This document shows, piece by piece, positions 48,401 through 60,677 of a DNA stretch of 64,000 nucleotides. A program made the translations under genes and the position numbers. The notes under the pieces were generated by a model. It did not search any database. It had not been told where the DNA came from and saw nothing but the letters and a program-made list of their open reading frames with translations. Numbering within the stretch: position 1 is the stretch's first letter; each line of letters starts with the position of its first letter. The stretch covers positions 443,740-507,739 of the forward strand of contig NMRA01000176.1 of the NCBI GenBank assembly GCA_002633005.1. The letters are read 5' to 3'. The stretch comes from Phoronis australis (taxonomy: Eukaryota; Animalia; Phoronida).

Positions 48401-50037
48401 TATTGACTTGATTTCACCTTTAGTTAAAATCTTTAAGAAACAAAAAAACGAAATTTCTCAAGGCTCCCATTTTGTTCATGTCCTTTGCAGAATATAACGG
48501 GAAATGGAAGATGCTGCATTACTTTGCCAGAAGATTCTTTGCCCCAACTCTGTTGTCGCCATACGTAGATGGTGAAATTGTGAAGGTCTACTTGGTACAG
48601 AATGAGATAGCCAGTGTTTCAAAGAGACCCGTCACTGATAATGACATTAATTCCAATCTTGTCTACACACATGATCAGACTCAGGAGGAGTACGTCTATG
48701 GATTTGAGCTTGATTCTTATGATAGGACCTTGAACAAGATGGCAGACATGAGTAATTACTTGCAAGAGACACCTAGTGTTGTCTATGTGAGTTGTTATCG
48801 GTGGGATCAGTTCAGGCCTTTAGAAACATGGAAGCAAGCAATAAAGGTATGTTTCTCCAGTAGCAATATTTTCCTAGCTTGGATTAAATGTTTCAGGATG
48901 TCTACAGATTTTAAATGATTTCAAATTTTTGGTGTCTTTGAATATAAAGTTAGATTTAGTTAAAAGATACAAAATGGTCTTTTTGTTTTCAAAAATTGTT
49001 GTTTCGTTGTAGACACGTAACCAAAATCTGCCCCAAAGGCTTTGCCAGTAACCGATACAAAAGATTCTGTCTCATTTTTAACTGACAGTTGAGTTTGGAG
49101 TAAAATATTACTGTATTGTGTGGCTACATAATGGTGCAGATCTGGCTACTCTAACTACTGCAGGTAATCAAGCAAGTTGTCTTCCAGTGAGCACTAGTTT
49201 AATTCTTATCTGTCACTTTGTTTATTGTATAAGAACAACATGGGCTTGTTGGTCTGTCTCCACAAGTTTCACAAATTGCAGGAACTGCTTAATTGGGCAT
49301 TCACCATGACAAGTCACTTATCTTAGGGCAAATCTTGACTAAAGATATTTTTTTGGTTAAAATGGTTATGTTTAGTACTTTTATTTATGATAATTAAGAC
49401 TTGATGGTTCACAATTTCCTCTGTTTTTAAGGATTTTCACTGAATTTTCAGGTTACAAAGACCGCCGAAAGTGTGTTTGAAAGTGATATTGACACGCTAC
49501 TAGATGGCGCTGGTTGTCCACTTCAGAAACAGTGTTTCCTGACCTTCAATCTTGACACAGTTGAAAAAAACATTCCAGATAACTTCATAGCATTCAACTC
49601 ATGGGAGGCGGCTGTAGGTTTTTTACCTGCTAATGTCAAGGTAATGGAAAATCTTGAGAGGGCCTTTTTGTGACTTTCTGTGTTTTTTAACAAGAAGGAA
49701 TTTGTCAATAATGTTCTTTGCAACCTTAATGTTGCCTTTGTTGTAATTTGCCTTTACTTTTGATCCCATATTGACACTGTTATTGTACTGTTTCCAGGTC
49801 ACCGGTGTTGTCAAAACTGGCCAGACGTTTACAGTGACCCTCAGTAGCGACCACATAGCTGCCTTTGTGACTCTGGACAGTGGTCAGTTGAAGGGCCGGT
49901 TTTCGGACAATGGCTTTCTTATGGTCATGCCCAAGTTGACGGTTGTGTTCTTTCCATGGCAGTCAATGACGGTAGAACTGCTTCAAAAAGAGCTCACTGT
50001 GACGTCATTGAATGATTTATACAGCAGTGGGCCGTAG
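30467..50037 (+). CDS. MANBA: Beta-mannosidase (glycoside hydrolase family 2), about 944 aa
   Basis: There are 17 coding exons: 30467-30614, 32957-33103, 34359-34507, 34849-35048, 35307-35374, 36022-36191, 36774-36939, 37787-37953, 38667-38804, 40095-40174, 42088-42281, 46106-46285, 46961-47058, 47838-47982, 48491-48846, 49452-49640, 49798-50037. They total 2835 nt, in frame. Motifs: signal peptide, [72 protein letters not shown], acid/base [15 protein letters not shown], nucleophile [34 protein letters not shown]. Confidence 0.95.
37112..37490. repeat. Divergent pair of degenerate tRNA-derived SINE-like heads (MANBA intron 7)
   Basis: The plus-strand copy at about 37373-37490 reads GGTCCCTGTAACTCAGTCGACTAGAG...GGGTTTGAGCCCCG...ttcagacttaac. 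The minus-strand copy at about 37112-37210 reads tagctcagtggactggagc...gattcaatacc...gatcttttcagacttaac. Confidence 0.6.
37944..38230. repeat. Degenerate G-rich minisatellite (about 35-40 bp unit) starting at the MANBA exon 8 donor
   Basis: About 8 ggaggaggggtgagtgggtgaaatgtggggctgagg-like units. Confidence 0.7.
39321..39870. mobile_element. MITE family A copy (MANBA intron 9)
   Basis: Ends are AGGTTGTGTAA ... TTACACAACCT, with the internal block ttggctaactctggaacttcgtatctcacaaatggctgatcggattcata. Confidence 0.6.
40335..41950. repeat. Long degenerate (CTA/CTACTTG)n simple-sequence tract
   Basis: About 1.6 kb of tactacttgc-type cryptic repeats in MANBA intron 10. Confidence 0.9.
42573..44233 (+). 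mobile_element. Decayed Kolobok-like DNA transposon with THAP zinc-finger remnant, in MANBA intron 11
   Basis: TIRs are AGGCGAATGCCACCC ... GGGTGGCATTCTCCT, flanked by TTAA (left) and TTAC (right). A frameshifted THAP remnant with an in-frame stop lies at about 42736-42950: CIVPACPN ... [20 protein letters not shown] ... [14 protein letters not shown]. Confidence 0.7.
44875..45015. repeat. Tandem duplication, about 72 bp x2
   Basis: ttggactagtaggctgttgtcc...agccatgta.tagtgaaggtcatgttacgccaac, present twice. Confidence 0.8.
46788..46893. repeat. Minisatellite, 18-bp unit x6
   Basis: ttgaagccaaaactgtta, repeated. Confidence 0.9.
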
Positions 50038-50410
50038 GTTATAAATATTCTGTTTTATATTTTTGTGATCTGGGTGTGTTTAAACATTTGGGTACTTACA
50101 ATATAGGTGATGCAAGAAAAAACTGTTTGAATGCTCAAAAATCTATAGTCTGAATCTATAAACAAACCTAAATTGCCAGAACTTATATTTTATTTTAAGG
50201 TGAGTGTATAGCTGAACGCTATGTAACCTCATGTTACTTATTGACCCAGATTAGATTTATGTTATATTTGATATGGGTAATTGTTATTATATCTCATTCC
50301 TGGGACAAGTATCTAAAGCTCAATTCATGGAACAGGTACATATTATTATAAAAATCCATACATGTTGGTTAATGTATTTAGGATCATTGCACTTTATTGT
50401 CATTATAATC

Positions 50411-50416
50411 AATAAA
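50411..50416 (+). promoter_or_regulatory. Putative polyadenylation signal for MANBA
   Basis: AATAAA about 370 nt after the stop codon, followed by T-rich sequence. Confidence 0.45.
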
Positions 50417-51660
50417 CCCTATTTCTGCTAAAGGGTTTCTTTTTAAATGTTGATTTCTTGCTCAATATTTTCTGAAACAACACCATCCTGTATCATCTCA
50501 TTAATATGACTCTTGCCCCTAAAGTAGTTACTTTCCTTCAGTTTTGCCGCTTCAGGGTGCAGTATGTTCATGCAGTGTGTACAAAGTACAGCATTTACAA
50601 GGAACGGTTGGCATACAATACAAACCTTATGATGTTAATCATGGGCATTACATTACATGCAGTTTCAAAGGCAGGGGAGTTTTATCCAACCACGACCGCT
50701 GCTTGTAGAACACTTATGGCGGAGAGAAATCCTTATCACTCAGGAGCAGAACCATTTCGTGTGTGTACTAGCACCCTTACGCAAAACTGCTACACACGGT
50801 AAAAGGTATTGAAACGCACAAAGTACCCTGGCTTATGATGGAACGTAAACTGCAACTCCACGGATACAGGTACATGTACAGGTACCACCTTTCAAAATGG
50901 ACACCGGACACATCTTTTAAGTTACGTGTTGGGTGGGGGTTCTATGAGCCTGGCGAGAATTTTTGGCAATGCCAATGAAGCCCCATGGCAGGCTTGCCTC
51001 GCAGTCGTGTCACTGAGGTGGTTACGAGTTGTACACTGACGAATGCTTTTGCGTGACTTTTGGGAATAATCCGACCACACGCACATTGCCAGAAATATGT
51101 ACTGCGAATACACAGGAACGGACTATCAGTAACATAGACATCTTAATACTGTGATGTCTATGATCAGTAATTTAAATGTAAACAGAGATAACTACACAAT
51201 TTGCCGACAGCCTGTTGCATAGTCGGCCGTCGTAGGTCGTGACCTTTTAAGAAAAGCCGAGTCATTTTTGTCAAATAATGCTTTTACTTGAAACCAGTCG
51301 AAAATTTAAACAAAATAGAAATAAAGTGAATCTATAAATTAAGGTTTAGCAACTACATGTATTATAGCTTACTACACATTTCATCACACTAAGCTTTGAC
51401 CGTGAAAATATCGTCTGCTAAAGTAGGTTACCACTGGTAACTGAATATAATGCTCAAGTCGAAGGATCCGACTACACGATACCCGCATTCAAATTGGAGA
51501 TCGGTGATTTACAAGCGAGATAACATGAGAGAAAATTTCACTGAACTAAAAATATCGTATTTGTGGAAATTATGCGTCTATGCGGTACAATACCCTTTGT
51601 TGAACATGCGATTGTTGCGCGTGCTCATTTAAGTATTCTATTTTCACGTTCGATGACGTC

Positions 51661-51766
51661 AGCCCCGGAGTGGTGCGGTGGTAAAGTCGATGACCCGAAA
51701 CTCTTGCGGTCGGGTTCGAAACCGGGCTCGATTCCCGTCAAAATGTTATCTCACTAGTGAGATAAC
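51661..51766 (+). repeat. tRNA-like SINE head (A/B boxes) followed by a 22-bp perfect palindrome
   Basis: TGGTGCGGTGGTAAAG (A-box-like), GGTTCGAAACC (B-box) and the palindrome GTTATCTCACTAGTGAGATAAC at 51745-51766. A similar head lies at about 54674-54732. It does not fold into a clean cloverleaf. Confidence 0.45.
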
Positions 51767-53077
51767 TAAATGGATTATTACACGGTTGTGTTGGCCATTC
51801 GAGGCTAATATTGTAGAATAAAAATCTAGACAAGTTGGTCAAGCGTGAACTAAGTGTTCACCGCAACACAAAAAAATGTCACGACAGCGTTTTGTTTTTT
51901 TGTTGAACGGGATGTTACAGGTGCTGTAACACCCAAAAGCATCTGACGACGTTCTTTTGAGTTTTTTAGTTGAAAGGGAACTTGTAGGTATCGCAAAAAC
52001 CTATGAACTCTCGTTTTTTATTTTTAGTCGAATGGGCCAATATTATGTTGCGTGGGAAATTACATTGGTATATGATATGTCAATTTGCCGTGTGGCAAAA
52101 AGTAGGACACTTTGATGGTGTTACAGGGTGGCGGAAAAAAATCAAAAAGCGGTGAAGTTCGCCAAGTGCGGGACAGTTGGCAAGTACGCTCTCAGAAGCA
52201 CAAAATATTGGATTCTTTTACAAGGTTAAATTTAAATTTTTTGTTATTATGTTATTTCTCGAGTATAAGGAAGTATTATTGATATCATTGCTGCTCAGAA
52301 ATGGAAATAAACATGGTATAACGGGCAAATGAATAATTACAGAAACAATACGAGACACAATGATATCTTCTTGCATATAAATGCACACATTTAGCTACGC
52401 AAATAAATGCAAGAGGAGTTTTTCCTAAGTTACTTAAATACATTTGTTAGTAAACAAACACTTAGATCATCTCCATCTGATATTACTTTTGCTCGTACAC
52501 ACCTAAAGCTGCCTAAGACTGGAGCTCAAAAGATATCCGAGGCCAGCCTATTCCCGGCATATCCAGCCAGCAAGAGCTACGTTACGGATCAGTGCGTACA
52601 AAGAGTGACGGATTTGTCAACTAGGTCGGCCGAGAAATCGATGGCTATCTGGAACTGTATTTCAACAGCCCCGCTTAATTTTTCCATTATGAACAAAATG
52701 ACAAAATAATTATGACGCAATGAAATTGAGCTTGATTTGATAACTACAACACTGACGATCAAAACGCAGTCGAGCAGACAACCGTAATTCACTGTGCAAA
52801 TTTTCTTGACTGGTCCCGCGAAGTCTCGGGGTTGCAAGCTCTAAAACGAGAATGCATCGTGGGTCACAATAGCCTTGGCGCAAAGCGCAAACTTCATACA
52901 GCTAGCTGGCTGGCTAGGGTCACGAGTGCAGGTTGCCATTCCATCCCTACAGTTTTATGAATCGAAGAATTAACGAATTCTCAGGTTCTTTTGAAGCCGT
53001 GAAACAACTAACAATGTGCCTGTAAGTGGCTTCTGTTATGTCAAAAGTTATTTTTGCAATACGGCTTTATAGCCTTT

Positions 53078-56000
53078 TTAATAATAATAATCAAAATAAT
53101 TGTATAAATCAAAATCCTCACAGTTTTTTTCGTCTTCACCGTTGGGACAATCGACGCTTTCGGAACCACCACACACTTCGTAGATATCCAAGCAACCTCC
53201 GTATGAGCAACGGAAGCTGGGTGTTTGGCACGTAGAATTTCGACACAGTTCTTCTGTCTCGTCACTTTTGTCCGCGCAGTAATGATTGACATCACAAATC
53301 TGATTACGTGGAATACAAGCACCGTAGTTGCATCTAAACTGATCTTCCCCACAAGTCAGGTTTCCACAAAGAGAAGCGGTTTCGTCGCTACCATCAGGGC
53401 AAGAAACAAAACCATCGCATTTCTGGTATCCGTCGATACACTGGCCACTGTTACACCTGAACTTATTGTCGCCGCACCGCATCGAGTCACAGGTATCTTC
53501 AGTTTCATCGCTTCCATCCACGCAATCAACATTTACGTTGCACGCTTTTTCCCGCCTCAAGCAAACGCCGTATGAGCATCGAAACTGGTCGGGCTTGCAC
53601 GTGTTATTTCCACATTCTGCTTGTGTTTCATCGCTACCGTCGAGACAGTTGACAAAACCATCACATCTTCGGTATTCGGATATGCATCCACCATAGGAGC
53701 ACTGGAATTGGTTAGAGCGACAAGTGTATCCGGCACAAGTGATATTCGTTTCATCACTTGAATCAAGGCAGTCAATAAAGTTATTGCAGGTTCGGCTCCT
53801 TGGAATACAACCACCGTAATTGCATTCGAATTCGTTATTAGGGCAAGTTTTGTTGCGACAATGCTTTTCTGTTTCGTCGCTGCCGTCAACACAATTCGTT
53901 GTACCCTCGCACGCAAAATCTTTACTTATACATTGGCCGTTGTCGCATCGAAATTCGTCCTCACGGCATATGTTTGTAGAACAATTTTGTTCGTCTGAAT
54001 TATCTTGACAATCATATATAAAGTCGCATATAAAATCACGGTATATACAGCCGCTGCCATTTAAACAGGGAACTTTGGCATCAGGGCAGCCTGTGTCATT
54101 GTTATTGGCGGTTACAGAAGTCGGAGGTTTAACTTTTAAATCTCTGTCTCTCCAGTTAGTTGGAGGAAATTCGTTGGACTGTGGCTTAGTCGTAGTAATA
54201 AGACCAGTGAATGCTGCATTTGTGCAATTAGCGCCTTTTCCTTTAAAAGAAGTGTATTTAGAAATTAGCGTGGCTCAGTGGGGATCAGAAACTTTTGTCT
54301 TAGTAGTTTAATCGATTGTAGGTAGTGTAGCACCATAGGCGGATTTAGGGGGGCCCGATGAAAAAATAGAAGCTGTTAGTAAGATTTGAATTTTAATCGA
54401 AGCCTTAATGAATCACTCAGAAACTCACAATTCTCTCTTTGTCAAACCTTAAGACGATTTCCGAAGCAATCGCGTCATCAATGCCAACACAAAATAACGG
54501 ATTCGGTCTTTTGGGCAATTGAAGACTATTTTAAATACAACAAATTTGTTACGAACTGATGGCACAAAATATAAAAAGTGTAATAAAAATTACAAACAGA
54601 AGTAGGTTTCGCGCGTAAACGCTGAGGACCATAAACAAGTAGGTCTCTTAGTATCAAATTACGAGTGAAATTCGTGGTGCTGTAGTGGTAAAGCACGCGC
54701 GCTCTAAACGCCATGTCGTGAGTTCGAGTCTTTGGTAATTGCAGTTTTTCAAGTTTGACACGTTCTCCGTGTTTATTTCTTTGCCTTTTTTGGATAATAC
54801 TTCAGGAATCTAGGAAAATGCTTGATTTTTAGAGGAAAAAACAGAAAATTTTTCCTGGGCGACCTCCCCCCATTCGTTGCTATGCGTACATGTATCTACA
54901 ATCGTGCTTTGCGCAAATGTTTACAGACAAAATGTTGCCCCCCTTGTGATATCCTAGATCCGCCACTGAGCACAGATCGCTCAAGTACAGGCATTAGTCC
55001 TACCATTAACTGTAGTAATCTTTAAACGTGGTACGGGTTCTGGTGATTTAATAAGTCTCCACTAGAAGACGAGGAATTTGTTACTGAAGTTAGATTTAAC
55101 CGATACCATTGAGTAGTGATTAGCTTTCCCATACAATATGGAACGTTTTGATGAAAAATTATTGAAGGACGTTCACTCGTGAAGAATTATTTGAATTACA
55201 TTCATACATACCTACATACGTGCATACATACATACATACATTAATACATTCATACATACATACATACATACATACATACATACATGAATACATTCATTCA
55301 TACATACATACATGCATACATACATACATTAATACATTCATACATACATACATACATACATACATACATACATACATACATAAATACATGAATACATTCA
55401 TTCATACATACATGCATACATACATACATGAATACATACATACATACATACATACATACATGAATACATTCATTCATACATACATACGTAAATACAGACA
55501 TACATACATACATGAATGCATGCATACATACATGAATACATACATACATACATGAATACATACATACATGAATACATACACACATACATACATGAATACA
55601 TACATACATACATATATGAATACATACATAATACATACATACATACATGAATACATACATACATACCTGAATACATACATACATACATACATGAAAACAT
55701 TGATACATACATTCATTCATTCATTCGTACATGTATACATACATACATACATACATACATTCATACATACATACAAACATACACACACACACACACACAC
55801 ACACATACACACATTCATAGGCTCAAATCCACATGTATGATGTGTTTACTTTCGAACTGATTTTTTAAGAGCACGTTTTCATGTTGTTCATACGGTCTAT
55901 ACCACAAAAATGTCTTGGTCAGGGCAAATAAACGATAAAACGACCACGGGAAGTTAACAAACATTCTATTTTCTCTGCATGTTTCGCTCCACACATACAC

Positions 56001-56284
56001 TAATCGGCTTTACCGAGACACCTGCGAATTAGTGCGGGACCTATTCACACCTCCTCCCCCCCTTTCCCTGCGGACCACGGTCCTGGTAACATCTGGTTTA
56101 TATTAATCGTGTTACCTGCTGACCACAGCTCGTTTTCCATGAAATACGCCACCAAGCCAATAGCTGCCGCGGTTCCTCCTACCAAGAATATACACACGAA
56201 GAGTGAAGCGAAGTGTCTCCATCTTTTCCTGGGCGCTGTCGCTCTGTCACCTTTTTCAACTTCTTTGGAAACGCCATCGACAAC
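53078..56284 (-). CDS. Type II membrane protein with 8 tandem LDL-receptor class A repeats (5' coding exon unresolved)
   Basis: Exon 56284-56116 (acceptor tacacag, donor G|GTAACA) encodes basic RKRWRH followed by a hydrophobic helix, FASLFVCIFLVGGTAAAIGLVAYFM. A phase-1 splice leads to exon 54240-53078, which is open throughout. It encodes a Pro/Thr stalk, eight Cx5-6Cx4-5Cx6Cx5C-D-x-S/E-D-E-x-C modules (e.g. CREDEFRCDNGQCISKDFACEGTTNCVDGSDETEKHC), then EDFDLYNYFDYYY-stop. The two exons total 1332 nt, divisible by 3. A candidate first exon, 57182-57093 (donor CAG|GTAGGA, phase 0), is unproven. Confidence 0.8.
54334..54968. mobile_element. MITE with CA...TG ends and 5-bp target-site duplication
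   Basis: Imperfect TIRs CATAGGCGGATTTAG / CTAGATCCGCCACTG, with AGCAC duplicated on both sides (54329-54333 and 54969-54973). A related terminus (cccccctaaatccacctatg) lies at about 11442-11461. Confidence 0.65.
55198..55817. repeat. (TACA)n / (CA)n microsatellite
   Basis: Direct inspection. Confidence 0.95.
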
Positions 56285-59013
56285 CTGTGTATGTATCAAA
56301 CGTAAAATTCAGAGGCAGTGTCTTTTCTGTTGAATAGGTAATTGTTTAGGCCGTAAACCACAGGAAGTGCATAAAATCACTTCTGTGACCATTTGGAGGA
56401 GAGCCGATTTTCTTTTGATGTTTTTGATATCACAAATCATTGTTATTTTGTACACGGAAATGTCCCCGAGTTTGAACTTGGACACTGCTATGAAATTTGA
56501 CTTTTAATTTTGGATAGTTGAGCAAATGTGACATGGAGTAGAACGTATTTAATTAAAAGCAATGAAATTAGATGTCCATGGGGTGTGATACTGCAAATAA
56601 TATTTCCATGGGATGCATCAAGTCTTGAAAACACGCACAACTTTTTTTAAAATGCAAGTTTAAGGCAAATTTCTGAATTCATGAGCGATACCTGGTAGTG
56701 AAATTTGGAGCTGCCATCGTGTAAACAAAAATATTTACCAAACGGACGATGTCGCCAGGTAATAAGATGAGCTGATTACAAATATTTCGCAGGCGTAATT
56801 TTAAAGCACTTGGTTGTCCACAAATTCCTTAAATTTACGCACAAGATGGTGATAAAGTTTCTCTATTGTAATTCAAGACCTTCCATACATGTACATCCTC
56901 ATTAACAACGTTTTAACAATTTGCATTAGACCAATCCAACCTTTATGTGGCATGGTAACCTGTGAGCATTTTAATAGAACAAAGTTAAGGAAACCGTGAA
57001 ATTTCAGAGAAAAATCCAAGTCTTGCTGCTTTATTGGGCAGTAGAACATAAAGATAGGGGAACAATGGGCATAGGAAACACCAGTATCCTACCTGTGAAC
57101 ATTTGCAAGCCTTAGAACAATGAAGAGTTTCCAAAGTGCTTCTCAATGGAACATATTTTATAAATTGACAAAAATGAGACATTTTGCGGAATGGATCAAA
57201 TTAGGATTGATGATGATGAAATTTTGTGCACATTTTTTGTTGTGGTAAATAATTGCAGAATTAAAAAGTTTGATATACATATATGTATATAGTCAAATTA
57301 GTAACGACAATTGATTGAACAGTAGAACGTAGGTAACACACTTTTAAAAGTTTTATTAATATTCGATGCTTGTAATGAACATAAGCAGAACTGGAAAGGT
57401 GAAAGATTTCTCAGTATGAGGTTGTTTTTTGTTATTCAGTATGCTAATGAATATGACCTCGTGCCGAACCTTGTCGTTTTCTGAGATTGTGATCGACTAA
57501 AGAAGCACCACACCGCGCCACCTCTCGGATGGGCATGAACATCTTTTGTGGCGCTTTTTTATCCCCCATCTTACCAGAGATTATCATTTTTAAGTTTCTT
57601 ATCTGTATTCATGATATTTACTTGTAACTGTATTAGTCATAATAAATGAGCTTATATCGCCTACCACGGTCTTCTTTTCATCTCTGGTAACGAGCTTGCG
57701 AAGCACGTATCATTTATCGATTTTATTCGGGATATATGTCGATCATAAATAATGTTGTATAAGGAGAGCATAAAAATCTGCTTTTTAATAAAAATGCGCA
57801 ACTTAGATTTGAGACTTCTTAACATCAAATGCTTGAAGATATATCTAGGCACATACAAAATACCAAGTTGCTCCCCTGGCTGACGTGGTCACAGGATGAA
57901 ATGCTGACTCAGTGGAGTTAAGGCCCACGACCTAATTTGGATGTACGAAAGGTTGTGTACTGCATATAACTGCCCCAAAATGTGGTTGAAATGATTTTCA
58001 ACATCAAGTTCCAGAGCTGGACACTACTGAATGGAATTATTCAACTACGTCTTCATGCTTTCATTGAGACAGCTAATGTAAACACTTCATTTGGTTTGCA
58101 CGTATGTTAACCAAGTTCGTTATTTTTTTCATTTTGAAACTAAGTTTATCTTCTCTTTAGTTATATTGATATCTGCTTTTGAAATGAAAACGGACGAATT
58201 TCTATTTCAGAACAAGAAACTACCGTGTGTCTCCGAATTAAATTTTAGATCAAATGCTTCTTTTTTATTTGAGTTCAACTGGGTTGAGTTCTGTAGATGA
58301 AAGAAACTAGTGTGATCACGTACTTCGCTTGTAATACATGGCGATGTATCACGATGTTTTCGTGATCTTGCAGTTTCGCGAGGCTCTTTCGACTACCGAA
58401 TGAACCACTGTTTACACCATAGAACGAGCCTTATCAAAAACAAAGGAACGTTATTCAAATTACACCGGCGTATGTATTTACGTTTTTTGCTATCAAATTT
58501 ATAAGATCATAAAAATTGAAGTTCGTTGTCCTGATCCTGATTCACCACCCGAATTAAAAATAAAATTCTCTATAGTAGGACCCTAAGCAAACGTCATAGC
58601 GTCACATCTCAGAAATAGCTGATCAGATTCATATGAAACTTTCAGATACTGTCCTCTTACACAGTGTTATGAATGGTTTTTAAAATGTTCGAAACAATAA
58701 GACTCTCGTGGTCTTCATGAAAAAGTCTCTAAAGACCCATAAAACGAAAACCAAGAGATATTTTGGGGAATTATATGAACGTTTTTGAAATCTCATCTTG
58801 AACTTTTATATCAATTAATATTTCATCATGTTATTGTCGTCATTGTTTTGTTATCAACATGCTCGCACCCAGCCTTTAATATGGGGGGGGGGCTCGAATT
58901 TCTGGCGATGTGGACCTTTTGCTGAAAAAAAGCGGGTGGACTAAAAAAAGGGGGTAACACCTTCACTGCGCTTCTGTGCCTTTTCAGTGGAGTTTTGTCT
59001 CGTTTTCTCGGAC

Positions 59014-59899
59014 NNNNNNNNNNNNNNNNNNNNNNNNNNNNNNNNNNNNNNNNNNNNNNNNNNNNNNNNNNNNNNNNNNNNNNNNNNNNNNNNNNNNNNN
59101 NNNNNNNNNNNNNNNNNNNNNNNNNNNNNNNNNNNNNNNNNNNNNNNNNNNNNNNNNNNNNNNNNNNNNNNNNNNNNNNNNNNNNNNNNNNNNNNNNNNN
59201 NNNNNNNNNNNNNNNNNNNNNNNNNNNNNNNNNNNNNNNNNNNNNNNNNNNNNNNNNNNNNNNNNNNNNNNNNNNNNNNNNNNNNNNNNNNNNNNNNNNN
59301 NNNNNNNNNNNNNNNNNNNNNNNNNNNNNNNNNNNNNNNNNNNNNNNNNNNNNNNNNNNNNNNNNNNNNNNNNNNNNNNNNNNNNNNNNNNNNNNNNNNN
59401 NNNNNNNNNNNNNNNNNNNNNNNNNNNNNNNNNNNNNNNNNNNNNNNNNNNNNNNNNNNNNNNNNNNNNNNNNNNNNNNNNNNNNNNNNNNNNNNNNNNN
59501 NNNNNNNNNNNNNNNNNNNNNNNNNNNNNNNNNNNNNNNNNNNNNNNNNNNNNNNNNNNNNNNNNNNNNNNNNNNNNNNNNNNNNNNNNNNNNNNNNNNN
59601 NNNNNNNNNNNNNNNNNNNNNNNNNNNNNNNNNNNNNNNNNNNNNNNNNNNNNNNNNNNNNNNNNNNNNNNNNNNNNNNNNNNNNNNNNNNNNNNNNNNN
59701 NNNNNNNNNNNNNNNNNNNNNNNNNNNNNNNNNNNNNNNNNNNNNNNNNNNNNNNNNNNNNNNNNNNNNNNNNNNNNNNNNNNNNNNNNNNNNNNNNNNN
59801 NNNNNNNNNNNNNNNNNNNNNNNNNNNNNNNNNNNNNNNNNNNNNNNNNNNNNNNNNNNNNNNNNNNNNNNNNNNNNNNNNNNNNNNNNNNNNNNNNNN
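59014..59899. other. Assembly gap (N run)
   Basis: Run of n; the ORFs spanning it are artefacts. Confidence 1.
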
Positions 59900-59914
59900 G
59901 GGGGGGGGGGGGGG

Positions 59915-60640
59915 TAATAGGTGAGATGCAGCCATCATAATTTGAGTAACCGTGAACGAACAAAGTTTCACGGAGACTAAGAATGGATCTTGGGCCAGCG
60001 CACTGACGGGTTGGGTCAAGCTGGGTTCTAACAGTGGATTCGATGAACTAGAGCTAGTCGCTGGTCAGCTCAGCTACAGCTGTATGATTCACTCGAGACA
60101 GGGACCTTAGCTAGTCCCTCTTCCTCTGCGATGGCTCTAAGGTCGAGATTTGTTTTATTGCGATCAAGTTTCGGGAATACTTCATTTTATCATGGCCATT
60201 CTTTGAAGGAATTGTATTTGGATAAGTGAGGTCCCGAGGTCCCTCGTATAAGTGCCTTTGTGGCCGTTTCAAAATCCCTTGATGAAACACAGCCGGTAGT
60301 CCACTTTTTTGTGGCTGGGGGAAATGATACAGAGTGTGTCCCAAAAATGTACACACTTCAACGCCTGAAGTTCAAATTCAGCTCCCTTGAATCACTGAGA
60401 TTCCGCGCAGGCCCTCTGCATAGTTACACCTTGTTTTTATTGTGGTGCGTCAGTCATGACGTGCTCCGTTTGTGTAGGCTAGTATGCAGAGGAATGGAAA
60501 GCAAATGATTCATTTTTGAAGAAAATACATTGTGCAATACTATTGGAAACTAAAAACGTCAAGGAAGTTCAAAGAGAACCTTTCCCAGTTGATGAGCAAA
60601 AAGTATAATACAGTATAATTTATTTAAGTACTTAAAACTT
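59915..60640. repeat. Long diverged inverted repeat, left copy (partner 62519-63385)
   Basis: Blocks such as gagatgcagccatcat, accgtgaac, gtgaggtcccgaggt, cccttgatgaaaca, gtcccaaaaatgtacac and tttatttaagtactt match 62519-63385 in reverse complement. Confidence 0.75.
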
Positions 60641-60677
60641 GTGTATTAATGTATGTTTTTCAATGAGGCGTGGAAAT

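Noticed and set aside
55220-55840. HTYI/MYVC repeat ORFs
   Set aside because: A (TACA)n microsatellite.
3634-56284. The four genes as one co-functional mucosal/immune cluster
   Set aside because: They are unrelated families in mixed orientation, and nothing in the sequence shows co-regulation.
58826-60019. 300-400 aa ORFs
   Set aside because: They span the N-gap.
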